Program-made: the position numbers and the translations under genes
Part shown: piece after piece, positions 61,601 to 64,000 of the stretch
Position numbering within the stretch: position 1 is the first letter of the stretch
Layout: the number at the start of each line of letters is the position of its first letter
The notes under the pieces: model-generated
Seen by the model: the letters and a program-made list of their open reading frames with translations, nothing else
The model's database searches: none
Told to the model about the DNA's origin: nothing
NCBI GenBank assembly: GCA_036172245.1
Contig: JAYWIR010000039.1
Coordinates: 1,240,001-1,304,000, forward strand
Length of the DNA stretch: 64,000 nucleotides
Direction: 5' to 3'
DNA from: Raillietiella orientalis
Taxonomy: Eukaryota

Positions 61601-63944
61601 ATGCTCCCAGAGCGGCAGTTGCGCAGCTTAGCAGCAGGGACGAGGGACGAATTTATTCCACTTATACGACTCCTGGATGCGTTTAATTAGTTTCATAGTT
61701 TTCAAAAGTTTTGCGCATCCCACGCTTGGTGGTGGAGTCTGGCAACACTGACGGATGATGGCCGTTGTCGCGAAGCTTATTAGCGTACGGATACCGTCAT
61801 GCCCGCGCCGCTTCTCTGCGAACTCACCGTAATGAATGTTTCGTCTCCATCCGTCTTCATGTGCGGCAGCGCCGGACTCGGCACGCGCGAGAGAGGAAGC
61901 TGTGGATGCGGAAAGCGGCGAAGATTTCGCGGGCAAGAACCGCAGCAGCTCGCTTGCAGAAGGGGGTGTGGGGCTGCTGGCGCCGTGCTCTCCTAAGGCT
62001 TCTCAGATCCCGCCACGCTGCGGATCAAGCTTCACGGCGTGGCGGCGCGCCACGAGGCGGGAGGACCCGGAACCGCGCGGAGAACGGAAAAGATGAAAGT
62101 TGTCCTTTGTCTGGGACTGGTCGCCACCGACATCCGCAACTTGGTCGCAGGTGGGTCCGGAGTGCGCGTCTTCCTCCCTCCCTCCCCACTCCAGATGCGC
62201 TTCGTCCAGAGTGCAGCGGCGGCGGGAAATCATCTCGAGGACTGGAATGGGCAAATTGCGCCCCCTCCCCCCTCCCTCCTGCTATTTATGTAATGAATAA
62301 ATGAATCCACTTAGCGTCGAAAGCTGCGCCTTTGGGACTTCATGTGGGGGCGGACCGAAAGAGTTTGCTCTCCGCTCCAGCAGTGAGCTTCGGGGGGAAC
62401 ATTCTTCGACATTGAGTTTGAAACTCTTCGGCATTCTCGGACGAAAATCATCGAGCGAAGTCTGCGGGCAAAGGGGTAATAAATGCTCACTTCAGCGTCT
62501 GCAGCACAGTCATGCACTTTCGAGGGAACCCAGAAGAAGTGGAGGAGGAAGAAGAGAAACTCGATTCGCAGCATCGTTTTCTTTCTTTCTTTCTCTATAC
62601 AGCAGTCCGTTCCGAAGAAATATCGAAATTCAATTCCAGGTTTTCCCATTCTCGTCTGGAAATTTATGCATGAGGTCATGCCGTCGGGCGAGGTCGGCCC
62701 GACCTTTCCCCGAAGCTCGCTCCGACTGGAATCCGCATTTCGGATTCAAATGAGATGCGCAATCCTAAGTGGTCCGAGGCTGCGGCTGCAGGCGCAGCTA
62801 CGAGAGGAGACGCAAATCGCGGATGGGGGGGGGGGGGGAGAGGAGGAGGGAAGGCATCCCCGGTATCTCCAAACATTTCTCATCCGTGTGAATTATCTCG
62901 TGATTGCTCTTTTAAACGCGCTCCGAGGAGGATTTCAAAGTTGTAATAATCTGTTGATAAAGTAATGCCATCTTAGCGGCAGGCGATTTCTTGCAGAATT
63001 TCCGCTCCGAGCGCAGGTTCGTTTGATGAGTTTCGTACATTCCAGCATAAGCTCCACGGGTGTGTTCGTGGTGCGTGTGTGCGGATGAGGAGGTGTGTCG
63101 AACAGTGTTTGCCCTACGCGGGTCTGCAGCGAATCGGGGAACGGGGATGGAAGCAGGGAATCATGCAAAGGCCGCAGCGGCATCAACATGAAACTTCGCG
63201 CGTTTCCACGGAATCGGGAAATCACCCGTCGTTAAGAAAGCGAGAGTTTTCTCTCTCTTTTTTCTTTTCAAGGAAGGGGGGGGGGGGATCTCCATGTAAA
63301 GGTTGCGGGTGATCGAAGGACACGGGCAGATACGAGGAAACCACGTCTTTCGCCTTTCTGATGGTTCGCGTCGAAACCGCAAAATCATTTCGAATTGGAC
63401 AGGATGCCTCTTATTTGGTCCGATAATGATGGGAACATCGGAAGGTTCTTGAAAACAGCATCCAACAACAGTGAGCGCGACCCTCTGATCCAGAAAGATG
63501 CTATCCAGGCAGAGGAGAAGCTGCCAATTTGGAAAAAGAGGCCGGAAGTCCAAGATGAGTGAGCAAATTCGGACCACAGAAGAGCTGTCGTGGTGGATGC
63601 GGAGAAGCACCTGCTGAATGCCGGAGGATTTGATTGTCAAAGAACAAGGAACAATTAAGATGAGTCACGCACGGGGAGGGGGGATCGTGGCCAATTTACG
63701 AGGAGCGAAGTTTCCAGAAAGCAGATTCCCGTATCGGGTCCTTCTTCCAAGATGGACCTGAAGCAGAGCAGTGTCACCATCCAGAAGCGCGATCTTAGAG
63801 TGCTGGAGCAAACTCGGGAAAAAGAATCGACTCAGCGTTGTCTTTCGGCCCGAATTATGTGCGATCATAGTCCAAAGAGAGAGAGAGAGAGAAGAAGAAA
63901 TCTACCTCCAAAGTTTGCAGCTACTGAAGAAATCGAAAGGTTCG

Positions 63945-64000
63945 CGTTCGCGGCCGTGTGGCTACGCGCGCGGTGCCAAACGTCACGGGTTCGATTCCCT
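63945..64000 (+). mobile_element. SINE-like element head, cut by window end (copy E)
   Basis: ggtgccaaacgtcacgggttcgattccct parallels the heads of copies B and C. Confidence 0.45.

Noticed and set aside
1..64000. CRISPR arrays, operons, hammerhead ribozymes
   Set aside because: No regularly spaced repeat-spacer array or prokaryotic gene organisation was seen. The CTGATGA sites inspected lacked a properly placed GAAA and stems.

Overview
Eukaryotic genomic DNA, most likely from an invertebrate animal. It has spliceosomal GT-AG introns, microsatellites, poly-A and polypurine tracts, and decayed retroelements. One intact gene could be reconstructed by hand: a 10-exon mitoguardin (MIGA/FAM73 family) gene on the minus strand (13322-19371, 422 aa). 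It has five consecutive 41-45 nt micro-introns and sits in an AT-rich, CpG-poor island between GC- and CpG-rich flanks. Other supported structure: (1) a 5'-truncated NeSL/Utopia-like RLE non-LTR retrotransposon (8593-9960) bracketed by an unusually long 115-bp direct duplication; (2) a near-perfect 1897-bp inverted repeat pair (28275-30171 and 44739-46635) enclosing 14.6 kb; (3) five copies of a tRNA-headed SINE-like family of up to about 600 bp; (4) decayed LINE remnants, a decayed sushi-domain exon and a short AT-rich coding-like island. Most long ORFs in the GC-rich regions look spurious. No prokaryotic system, CRISPR array or rRNA was seen. Family assignments come from recalled motifs, not database searches.
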